The notes under the pieces were generated by a model that did not search any database, had not been told where the DNA came from, and worked only from the letters and a program-made list of their open reading frames with translations. Of a DNA stretch of 64,000 bases, positions 39,828 through 49,015 are shown piece by piece. The position numbers were made by a program, and so were the translations under genes. The stretch is from an uncultured archaeon (GTDB taxonomy: Archaea > EX4484-52 > JAADEF01), in the NCBI GenBank assembly GCA_964407715.1, contig CAYOWP010000005.1, positions 1-64,000 on the forward strand. Reading direction: 5' to 3'. Position 1 is the first letter of the stretch. Each line of letters opens with the position of its first letter.

Positions 39828-40553
39828 TTTTGTACCTTCATCTGGGTCCTGCCATATATTTCTTCCTACTATCATCCCATTCGCTTTGGTTGAATATACT
39901 TTCTTAGCAAATTCTAAGAATTTCTCATTTTTTGTACCACCTGCAATGAATAATTTTGTTTTATAAAGATATTCCGCGATTGTGTTAATATCCTCAACTC
40001 TATCAGGAGATTTTATCTTTACCGCATCTGCTCCTAATTCCATGCCAACACGTGCAGAGTATATCAATAAGTTTAAATCATTTTCTTTTTTTATATTTTT
40101 TCCTCTTGGATATGCCCAGAGAAATGTGAATAAATCATATTCTGATGCTATATCCCGAATCATACAAAAGGTTTCTATCATCTCTTGCTCATATTGTGAG
40201 CCAAAATATATTGTATATCCTATACCTTTAATATTCTCGTACTTAGTAGCTAAATACTCCACACTTCCGGTGAGAGGCGAAAAATATTGATCAAAAGCCA
40301 TTTTGGTTTTAGAATTTATTTTTGCAATAACATTGATATTCATATCTTTTATTTCCTCTGAAAACTTCATTATAATACCTGGAGTTAATGCTACACCATT
40401 GAGATCATTATCCTTAACAAGAGAGAGTATTAACATAGGATTAGCACTTCTCTTATCAATGAAATCCTCAACAGGGCCATGTTCAATACCGTGATCATAT
40501 GCTAAAAATAATCCCTTACCATTCTTTAGACCAAATACTTTATCAAAGCGCAT
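39798..40553 (-). CDS. Class I fructose-bisphosphate aldolase (DhnA-type)
   Basis: AYDHGIEHGP, WAYPRG, ELGADAVK, GRNIWQ. Confidence 0.9.
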   Translation of the reverse strand: MRFDKVFGLKNGKGLFLAYDHGIEHGPVEDFIDKRSANPMLILSLVKDNDLNGVALTPGIIMKFSEEIKDMNINVIAKINSKTKMAFDQYFSPLTGSVEYLATKYENIKGIGYTIYFGSQYEQEMIETFCMIRDIASEYDLFTFLWAYPRGKNIKKENDLNLLIYSARVGMELGADAVKIKSPDRVEDINTIAEYLYKTKLFIAGGTKNEKFLEFAKKVYSTKANGMIVGRNIWQDPDEGTKLIGEIKNFF

Positions 40554-40562
40554 GTTATCACA

Positions 40563-42215
40563 TTACTCTATTATATATGGATGCCCGCTAATCGCTCTTT
40601 CTTTTTCTAAATGCTCCAGTTTCTTTTCCAATTCTGCAATTTTTTGTTTTTGTTCATTTATGAGGTGATATATTTTCTTTTTCAAGTCCAACAATTCCAT
40701 ATTAAGCATGACATCAATTTCCTTAGACTCTTCAACATCTTTTAATGCAAATATTTCTTCTCTTATTTTTGTAAGCATTTCCTCTCTAAGTTTATCCACC
40801 TTCTCAGCTATATATTTCTCAAATTCTTTTAGCATTTCTATTTTCTGATTTTCAGTTATTTCATGCGAAGTTATCATTGATAGCGTTTCCTCCCATATTT
40901 CATTCTTAAGCGTTTCTATTAATGTTTCAGAGAGCGCCTTGCTAATTTCGTGTCTTATTTCCTCTTTTATTTTTTTACTTAATTCTCTTTTTATTTTTGT
41001 TATTTTGGAATCCATTATCTTAGCTGTGTTTTTGGAGAGATTTAGCATCTTTATATTCATTTCATAATTATATTTTTCTATCTCCTCTTTTGTTTCTTCT
41101 TTTAGCGCCTCTAGATTTTCATCTATACCTTCTATCTTCTTCTCTAATGATAGGATTTTTTCTTTTATCTCATTAACTTCTTTTTCATATTCTATTATTT
41201 TTTTGCTTTTGTTATTTAACACTTTGGCTAAATCCTTTATTTTTTTGGGAGAAATATTTTTTGTTTCTTCAATTATTTTCTCCAAACTTTCTTTAAGATT
41301 TTTTATTTCAGAGATATCTTTGGATATCCTTTCTATATGCTCTGAAGTTGCTTTTTCCTTAGAGGATCTTAAAAACTCGATTTCATATTGCAAAAGATTT
41401 AATGCTTTCTCATATCTTCTTAATGCATATTCTATTCTATAATATACTTTATCTATCTCTTCTTTTTTATTTTCACCTATTCTTTTTGCTATATTATCTA
41501 ATTTTTGTTTTATTAAGGAGATTTCATCCTCATAGCCATCATATTTTTCAATCTTTTCCCTTAACTCATCATATTTTTCCTTTACCAATTTGGAGAACTT
41601 CTCATTTATTGAAAGGTTTTCTTTAAATGCATGGGAGATTTTCTTAATATCCTTTAATGCCTTCTCTATTTCAGCATTTATTTTCTCATATTGGTCTCTC
41701 AATTTCACAACATCTTCGTTTTTTGCATATTTATCTCCAATAGAATATACAAGCATCTCTATTTTACTTATTCGTGACTCCAAATCTTTATATTTATCCT
41801 TAAATTCTAACGCGAAAGTATTTAACTCAGGTATTTTCTCCAAAGATTCTATTAATATGTTATACTTCTTTTTTAGCTCATTGAATTCTTCATTAAGCAA
41901 ATTAATCTTATCTGACAAATCCACTACTTCCAAATGTTCAACATATTTTAAATCCTCAAGAGATCTCAATTTCTCTTTTATTTCTTGGGAATTTTCTAAT
42001 AGCATTTTTAGTGATTTTTCATCTTTTATTTTACCAAGGATTGCTCTTATTATTTGGATTTCTTTTTCAAGATAGATGAGCCTTCTCTCGAAATCTATTT
42101 CCATAACTTTGGTTTTTGATTCTATTTCCTTTATAATATCCTCTATGTTTTTCCTATCATATAGAAAACTATCATCACTCTCTTCCTTTCTATTAAATAT
42201 ACCCTTGATTACCAT
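40563..42215 (-). CDS. Long coiled-coil protein
   Basis: 550 aa of E/K-rich heptads; no ATPase motif. Confidence 0.75.
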   Translation of the reverse strand: MVIKGIFNRKEESDDSFLYDRKNIEDIIKEIESKTKVMEIDFERRLIYLEKEIQIIRAILGKIKDEKSLKMLLENSQEIKEKLRSLEDLKYVEHLEVVDLSDKINLLNEEFNELKKKYNILIESLEKIPELNTFALEFKDKYKDLESRISKIEMLVYSIGDKYAKNEDVVKLRDQYEKINAEIEKALKDIKKISHAFKENLSINEKFSKLVKEKYDELREKIEKYDGYEDEISLIKQKLDNIAKRIGENKKEEIDKVYYRIEYALRRYEKALNLLQYEIEFLRSSKEKATSEHIERISKDISEIKNLKESLEKIIEETKNISPKKIKDLAKVLNNKSKKIIEYEKEVNEIKEKILSLEKKIEGIDENLEALKEETKEEIEKYNYEMNIKMLNLSKNTAKIMDSKITKIKRELSKKIKEEIRHEISKALSETLIETLKNEIWEETLSMITSHEITENQKIEMLKEFEKYIAEKVDKLREEMLTKIREEIFALKDVEESKEIDVMLNMELLDLKKKIYHLINEQKQKIAELEKKLEHLEKERAISGHPYIIE

Positions 42216-42274
42216 AAAGCATCTTAAAAATAATATGTACTTAATAAAAATATATAATTTTAACCTATTAACAG

Positions 42275-42407
42275 GTCATTGTCCAATGATATATTTTGAG
42301 AAATTGGGTTAACGGGAAGCATAGCCCTATTCAAAAGGGTTAAACCGCTATAAGTGCTATTTGCGCGTTAAATTTCTGCTTAACAATAAGAATTATTGGA
42401 CAAAGCA
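42275..42407. mobile_element. MITE-like element, 133 bp, with perfect 9-bp TSD
   Basis: TATTAACAG-[GTCATTGTCCAATGAT...ATTATTGGACAAAGCA]-TATTAACAG. Confidence 0.88.
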
Positions 42408-42479
42408 TATTAACAGAAATTTTATTGATATATTCTATCTCCCAAAAATATTTATTACAAATAGACAGATATAATCTTT

Positions 42480-43811
42480 ATGTATGTGCCTTATAATATT
42501 CGAAAAGTTTTTGAAAAGGCATCTATGAGAATCAGGAATAAGAAGATGTTGATTATCTCGCATAAAGATGCAGATGGATTTCTCTCTTATGCTTTACTTC
42601 AGAGATGTATGGAAAAAGATGAAATAAGTAGACTTTTTCTGAATATTCTTACACCAGATATTCTTGATAGCATACCTATGGATTTTGATGCTTATTTGTT
42701 TGTAGATACCGGTAATTGCTTGGAAAAAAATATCTTTGAGAGATTTAGGAATAAAACAGTCATAATTTTGGATCATCATCCTACCTCGTACAATAAAATT
42801 TTTCACTCTCAAAATCATTTTAATATCAATGCCTATCTTTTGGGAATGGATGGAAATAAAGATATATGCTCTGCAGGATTAAGTTATTTATTGTCCAAAA
42901 GTGTTAGTAAGTATGCTTTTGAGGGCTATTTTTATATACCAGTAGCAGGTGCGTTTGCAGATATGCAGATAAGCAGAGAGATTAAAGGTTTCAATTCTTT
43001 TTTTCTACATAATGCCCTGGCTAGAGGTGAGATGACAATAGAGAAATCTCTTATTTTGCCAGCAAAAAGCGTGAGACCTTTATATAAATCAATAGAATTC
43101 TTTATGAATGATAGAGGTATTGAATACACATCTTATGATGCTATATTGTTCTTGAAAAATATAGGAGTGAATCCATACAAGATGGATTTGTTTAGGAGAA
43201 TACCACGTAAAGCAGATGACCTAAGTGAAGATGAAATCAAACTTATCTCCACACATCTTGCAATAGAATTGCAGGAAAGAGGAGTGGAGAGTGAAGAAAT
43301 TTTGAGAGAGGCATATATTATAAAAAATAAGTATCTTCTTGAGGAGTTTGTTACATTGACCAATGCATGTGTGAAATTGGGTTATGTTGATAATGGATTA
43401 TCCTTAGTATTCAAAATGAAAGATATGTATCACATATATGAAAATTATAGGCGTGAGATAGGAAAAGGATTTAACAAAGCTTATAGAAATCTACAAGTTC
43501 ATGATAATATCGCATATTATATTTTTGATAAGAAGGATCTTAGAGACTCTTCATTAACAGGAAGCATAGCAACCATGTTAAATAAGAAAGTCATGAAGGA
43601 AATCATCTTTATCGGATATTTGAATGAGGATATTATAAAATTCTCCATTAGATCAAAAAATATTGATGTCAATTCACTTGTTAGGGAGTTCTGCAATAGA
43701 GTTCCAGGATGCTATGGAAATGGTCATCCACATGCCGCTGGAGGAACAATACCAAGAGAGCATTTGAACGAATTTATAGAGTTTCTTGATACTCATGCAA
43801 AAACCGCATAA
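42480..43811 (+). CDS. DHH/DHHA1 phosphoesterase (RecJ/Cdc45-like)
   Basis: SHKDADG, VDTG, LDHH, SIRS, GHPHAAGG. Confidence 0.88.
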   Translation: MYVPYNIRKVFEKASMRIRNKKMLIISHKDADGFLSYALLQRCMEKDEISRLFLNILTPDILDSIPMDFDAYLFVDTGNCLEKNIFERFRNKTVIILDHHPTSYNKIFHSQNHFNINAYLLGMDGNKDICSAGLSYLLSKSVSKYAFEGYFYIPVAGAFADMQISREIKGFNSFFLHNALARGEMTIEKSLILPAKSVRPLYKSIEFFMNDRGIEYTSYDAILFLKNIGVNPYKMDLFRRIPRKADDLSEDEIKLISTHLAIELQERGVESEEILREAYIIKNKYLLEEFVTLTNACVKLGYVDNGLSLVFKMKDMYHIYENYRREIGKGFNKAYRNLQVHDNIAYYIFDKKDLRDSSLTGSIATMLNKKVMKEIIFIGYLNEDIIKFSIRSKNIDVNSLVREFCNRVPGCYGNGHPHAAGGTIPREHLNEFIEFLDTHAKTA

Positions 43812-43911
43812 TTATTTTCTCACGGAAAAAAGAGGCCTCTCTCGGAAAATATCGTATATATAAGGTTTAAATATCCCAATATGGTAGATATTCTTATAGG
43901 AGGTGATGAGG

Positions 43912-44070
43912 ATGATAGGAAAAAGGAGAAACATCTACAATTTGAGGGATTTGAGGCAGAGAAACATATATTATTATCTCAGAAATAGAGAGAGCATACT
44001 CAATAGAATCGAGATAAGACAGAAAATAGATTACAAAATAAGAGAGCTCAAGAAAATATATGGATTTTAA
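43912..44070 (+). CDS. Small Arg/Lys-rich protein, 52 aa (missing from ORF track)
   Basis: MIGKRRNIYNLRDLRQRNIYYYLRNRESILNRIEIRQKIDYKIRELKKIYGF*; GGAGGTGA RBS and TTTAAATA box upstream. Confidence 0.65.
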   Translation: MIGKRRNIYNLRDLRQRNIYYYLRNRESILNRIEIRQKIDYKIRELKKIYGF

Positions 44071-44109
44071 AAAGCATCAAACACATAGTTATCCCTCCAC
44101 ACCCTCACA

Positions 44110-45208
44110 TTTGATCAGCTATCCTTCAGAAATGTTAACTGCTACACAACCACTCTATTGAGTTATGTTCTCCGCGACCTAAAGCAGCTGATCTCCTTGA
44201 GAGGGTTAGCTGCTTCCTACACGCATCAATGGACAGGATATGCCTCGAGGTAACCAGATTAAGAAATGGTTAACAGGAAGGAGATATATTCACCACAGGT
44301 TTTAAGGCAGCCAACCAGCTTGAGGGTTAGCTGCTTCATACATGAATCAAAAGGTCAGCTGCTCCAAGATACCTAATGGATGGGTTACTCCTCCCATTAA
44401 CCATTTTTTATAATTGGTTAACGGGAAGAAATCGGTATTAACGAGCATCTCATAGCATGCTAACCTTTTTTAAGGTTAGCTGCTCATTAACCGCTTTATT
44501 AGGTTACCTGCTATAATGCGGCTAATTGATAAAGTGTGGTTCCCGTTAACCAGATTTTTTATTTTTAATAAAAATGGTTAACGGGAGGTATCACTTTCTC
44601 AACAAACATTGCAGCATGCTAACCTTTTTTTAAGGTTAGCTGCTCATTAACTGCTTTATTAGGTTAGATGCTTTGCTATGGTTCCTTGATAAGGTATACT
44701 TTCCGTTAACCATTTTTATTCTTTTTATTACTGGTTAACAGGAAAACTCGCTAATACAAAGACATTACAGCATAGTAACCTCTCCTGGAGGTTAGCTGCT
44801 CTAATGTGCTATTGAGAAGGGTATACTTCCCATTAACCAGATTTTAAAAATGGTTAACTGGAAAACTCGCTAATACAAAGGTCTCGCAGCATGCTAACCT
44901 TTTTTAAGGTTAGCTGCTCTGCTATGGCTCATTGTGAAGGTATACTTCCCCTTAACCATTTTTTAATTTGGTTAACTGGAAGAAATCGCTTTACCAAAGC
45001 ATATCACAGCATGGTAGCCGCATAAAAAGGTTAGCTGCTCTGATATACTTTGGAAGAGGTATGATGTCCCTTAACCAAATTATTTTAAAAGATAAAAAAT
45101 AGTTAACGGGAGAAACTCGCTAATATAAAGGCATTACGGCATACTGACCTTTATAAAGGATATCTGCTCTAATACACTGAAGGAATAGGATAACCTTCCC
45201 ATTAACCA
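44110..45208 (+). repeat. Largest tandem hairpin-unit array (7 full units plus 1 partial)
   Basis: Units 44267-44403, 44415-44552, 44575-44712, 44732-44839, 44851-44958, 44969-45077, 45100-45208, separated by 10-22 bp A/T linkers. Confidence 0.95.
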
Positions 45209-45364
45209 TTTGCAGCATGCATCCTTCTGTTATAACTAAAAAATAATAAAAAATAATTATTTAAATGTTATATGTTCATATATTAATATATTAAGATATT
45301 AGTATATGAAAATGTTGATATAAAGATATATTTTTAAATCAAATCAAGGTGTGGAGGGATATAA

Positions 45365-45904
45365 ATGGAATGGGAAATAAAAATCCATAATGTCGTAGCC
45401 TCTCTAAATATCCAAAACAAAATTCCTCTTGTGAGGATTGCAAATAATCTTGAAGGTGTTGAGTATGAGCCTGATCAGTTTCCTGGACTGGTGCTGAGAA
45501 TAGATGATCCAAAATCTGCTGCCCTGATGTTTAGTAACGGAAAAATAATAAGCACAGGGACAAAATCAGTAAAACAAGCAAATGATGCAATTTCTCGTTT
45601 ATTAGAAATATTTGATGAGTTATCAATTCCTTATAATAATACAAAATATAATATTGATAATGTGGTTGCATCAACACATGTAGGCAAAGAGTTGAATTTA
45701 ACAAAAATTGCATGGGCTATGGAAGAATCTGAATATGAGCCTGATCAATTTCCAGGGCTGGTTTATAGACAACATGATACTGGCGTAGTATTTCTATTAT
45801 TTAGGACAGGTAAGATTGTATGTACTGGGGCTAAATCTGAAGAGCAGATATATGAGAGTTTTAAGAAGCTTTATACAAAATTAAAAGAGATAGGAGAGAT
45901 CTAA
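45365..45904 (+). CDS. tbp: TATA-box binding protein
   Basis: NVVAS x2, EYEPDQFPGLV x2, GKIVCTGAK. Confidence 0.97.
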   Translation: MEWEIKIHNVVASLNIQNKIPLVRIANNLEGVEYEPDQFPGLVLRIDDPKSAALMFSNGKIISTGTKSVKQANDAISRLLEIFDELSIPYNNTKYNIDNVVASTHVGKELNLTKIAWAMEESEYEPDQFPGLVYRQHDTGVVFLLFRTGKIVCTGAKSEEQIYESFKKLYTKLKEIGEI

Positions 45905-45941
45905 ACACTATCCTAAAGTATTAAAGGGGGATAGATAATCT

Positions 45942-46340
45942 ATGGAAACCACACTTAAAGAAGCCAAGCAATATAAAAAAGGAGATTTTATACTTATAGA
46001 TGATACAGTATGCAGGGTAGTTGAGGTTTCAATCTCTAAACCAGGGAAGCATGGCTCTGCTAAAGCAAGAATTGTTGCTGTTTCTCTTTTAGATGGAAGG
46101 AAAAAGGAACTCATAAAGCCAGGTGATTCTAAGGTACCAGCACCTATAATAGAAAAGAAAGATGGGCAAGTTATAATGTTATATGATAAACGCACAGCTC
46201 AAGTTATGGATTTAGAGACTTATGAAACCTTAGACGCTATTATCTCTGAAGATATAGCAGAAAGTATAGAGGAAGGAATAAATGTTGAATATTGGAAAAT
46301 AGGAAACATGAATGTGATTATGCGAGTAAAAAGAGATTAG
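45942..46340 (+). CDS. eif5a: Translation factor aIF5A
   Basis: SKPGKHGSAK hypusine motif. Confidence 0.97.
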   Translation: METTLKEAKQYKKGDFILIDDTVCRVVEVSISKPGKHGSAKARIVAVSLLDGRKKELIKPGDSKVPAPIIEKKDGQVIMLYDKRTAQVMDLETYETLDAIISEDIAESIEEGINVEYWKIGNMNVIMRVKRD

Positions 46341-48148
46341 CTCTTTTTTGTAACTATGTTTTTTATTTGTTGTAGTTCCTCGGGAAGGTGAAGAGCAAGT
46401 ACTTCTTTTTCTATTTCTTTTGTGAGATACTCTATCTCTCTATCTTTTAAGTGCTGGAATTGCTCATTTTCATGATTAAGGATTAATTCCACGACTTTCT
46501 TTAAATCTTCATAGTTATGTCTTCCATCAATTAAAATGAAATCTGCACCACCTTCATACAATTTAAGTGCCTTTTTGAAACTGTTAGACCTGCCTATTAT
46601 TTTAATATGCTTATTTAAGGATTTTACAGTTGCTAAGCTCTCAGAAAGTTCATTAAAATCTTCTTTTGCGTATATGAATATTTGTGCTTTATCTATATAG
46701 ATATCTTTTAATATTTCTTCATCATCAATACTGCCAAAGATGACATTATATCCTTCTCTTCTTAACAATCTAACCTGTTGGATGTCATCACTTAATACAA
46801 CTATTTTTTCAGGATTTAACTTTTCTAAGAGAATCTTCGTGAATGCATTTATACCATAGATAATGATATGATCACGCATTTTATTGCTTGTTATAGCATC
46901 CAAGCTTTCCTCTTCTGCTTTATTAGCTATATTTATTTTCTCAAGAAATTCAAAATATCGATATAGCTTTGAGGTTATAACCCAATTCCATTGTATCATA
47001 TATGATGAGAGAAAAGAAGTTATGAAAAATACACCACCTATAATAGAAAGAAGTTCCTTTGTGAGTATTCCAGAATTTAATGCTATACCTCCTAGTATAA
47101 GAGAGAACTCTGAGGTTTGTGCAAGTGTTATTCCAAGTTGAAGTGAATTCTTTGCATCATTTCCAAAAAGTAGAGAGGGAATTAGATATAGCATAGGCTT
47201 AATAAGAAGTGTGAATATTACAAGTAATGAGGTCAAGATTAAATATTGCGAGCTCAACGAAGCTAAGGACATTTGTAAGCCTAAAGCAACAAAGAAAAGC
47301 ACTATAAAGAAATCTCTTAGATGGGCAATTCTTTGAGTGACTCTATATGAATATGGATATACTGCAGCAGCCAGACCTCCTATGAAACCACCTATTGCAA
47401 TAGAAAATCCAAATACACTGCTTATTATAGAGAATATGAACAACACGGATAAAGAAAGAAGAAATGTAATGTCAACATTATTATAGAAATATTTCATTAG
47501 AGGTTTAATAATAAATCTGTTTGATGCTAATGCCAATGCTATGAGTCCTGAACCTTTTAAAATGATATCCAATATGTGATATTCTAAAGATGTCTTTTCA
47601 GCAGACATAAGAAATGGAATGATTAGAATTACAAGGATATCCTGCATCAGCAAAATACCTAAAGCATTTCTTCCATAGATTGTATCTATTGTTCCTTTAT
47701 CTGATAAATATTTTATTACGATAGCTGTGCTACTAAAAGATAGTGCTATCGCAATGAGAAGCGCTTTCTTAAAAGGTATCGAAAACATATATAATAATGC
47801 TAAGGTTAAGAGAGAAGTAGTACTTACTTGAATAAGAGTTCCGATAATAGAGAAGCTTAATATATTTTTTATTTTGTCAATATCAAACTCCATTCCTATG
47901 AGGAACAATAAAAGAGCAATACCCAATTCTGAGATAGAAAGTATAGATTCTTTGTTAAACGCTAAGTTGTGGGAGGAGAGATAATTTATCAAAAGTCCAA
48001 CAAGGATATACACAGGAATCATAGGTTGCTTTAGATATGATGCAATCAATCCTAAAATTGTTGCTAACAATATTATAATGCCGAGTTCCAATAATAACCC
48101 AGATTCCAACACCTTCAACGACAACATTTCGTGAATATAAAAAACCAT
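46337..48148 (-). CDS. CPA2/Kef-type cation:proton antiporter with C-terminal TrkA-N-like domain
   Basis: SELGIALLLFLIGME, SSTAI, GILLMQD, LRDFF, AQTSEFS. Confidence 0.9.
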   Translation of the reverse strand: MVFYIHEMLSLKVLESGLLLELGIIILLATILGLIASYLKQPMIPVYILVGLLINYLSSHNLAFNKESILSISELGIALLLFLIGMEFDIDKIKNILSFSIIGTLIQVSTTSLLTLALLYMFSIPFKKALLIAIALSFSSTAIVIKYLSDKGTIDTIYGRNALGILLMQDILVILIIPFLMSAEKTSLEYHILDIILKGSGLIALALASNRFIIKPLMKYFYNNVDITFLLSLSVLFIFSIISSVFGFSIAIGGFIGGLAAAVYPYSYRVTQRIAHLRDFFIVLFFVALGLQMSLASLSSQYLILTSLLVIFTLLIKPMLYLIPSLLFGNDAKNSLQLGITLAQTSEFSLILGGIALNSGILTKELLSIIGGVFFITSFLSSYMIQWNWVITSKLYRYFEFLEKINIANKAEEESLDAITSNKMRDHIIIYGINAFTKILLEKLNPEKIVVLSDDIQQVRLLRREGYNVIFGSIDDEEILKDIYIDKAQIFIYAKEDFNELSESLATVKSLNKHIKIIGRSNSFKKALKLYEGGADFILIDGRHNYEDLKKVVELILNHENEQFQHLKDREIEYLTKEIEKEVLALHLPEELQQIKNIVTKKS

Positions 48149-48194
48149 AATATTTTTATTTTTTGAAATAAATAAATTATTTTTTAATTAAAAG

Positions 48195-48375
48195 GGCATT
48201 GTCCAATAATCCCTTATTAACAAAATTTTGTTAAGCGGAAAAGTAACCTTTTAAAGAAGCGTATTAGAGCAGCAAACCTTGTAGAGCTAATGCAATTCAA
48301 ATGGTTAACTGCTCTCATGCGCTTCTGTGAGAGTTTACGTTTCCGCTTAACAATAAGGAATTATTGGACAATGCC
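48195..48375. mobile_element. MITE-like element, 181 bp, with perfect TIRs and 10-bp TSD
   Basis: TAATTAAAAG-[GGCATTGTCCAATAAT...ATTATTGGACAATGCC]-TAATTAAAAG. Confidence 0.92.
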
Positions 48376-48439
48376 TAATTAAAAGTACATGAAAGCACAA
48401 ACTGTTAAGTAGGTATATTAAAGGAGATACGACTTCTTC

Positions 48440-48912
48440 GATAAGCAAGACCTTCGGAAAGGCAATTTCTTTGCGTTAACAATTTTTTAAAATTTGGTTA
48501 ATGGGCAACATAGCCTAATAAGAGGCAATTGCGGAGCAGCTAACCTTTATGAGAGGTCACTATCCTGCAATGCCTTTATATCGGCGAATTTCTCGCGTTA
48601 ACCATTTTTATTAAAAATAAAAAAATCTGGTTAACAGGAACCACACTTTATCAATTAGCCGCATTATAGCAGCTAACCTTAAAAAAAGGTTAGCATGCTA
48701 TGAGATGCTCGTTAATGACGAATCCCTCCAGTTAACCAATTATAAAAAATGGTTAACCCGAGGAGTAACTCATACATGAGGTATCTTGGAGCAGCTGACC
48801 TTTTGATGCGTGTAGGAAGCAGCTATAAGAAATATGGCTAAGGAGAAACATGACTTATCAGCGAGCAATATTGGAGCAGCTAACCTTTTTTTGTATGTGT
48901 GCATGCTGTGAT
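48440..48912 (-). repeat. Tandem hairpin-unit array (2 full units plus partials)
   Basis: Units 48495-48604 and 48628-48738; partials from 48750 and ~48835. Confidence 0.9.
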
Positions 48913-49015
48913 GTAAAATGAATCTTTTTTATGCGAATCAAAATCTTTATAAATAGAATTTTGTAAAAATTTTAACTTATAATGTGTTCTTGAGAAGTTT
49001 TTGATGGTGAAATGA

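Noticed and set aside
40563-42215. SMC/Rad50-like ATPase
   Set aside because: Pure coiled coil; no Walker A/B or signature motif.
44110-45208. CRISPR array
   Set aside because: Units are ~108-138 bp self-complementary elements, the variable parts recur between loci and pair with each other, and no cas genes are in the window.
45461-45765. Direct repeat inside tbp (EYEPDQFPGLV twice)
   Set aside because: Expected two-fold internal symmetry of TBP.
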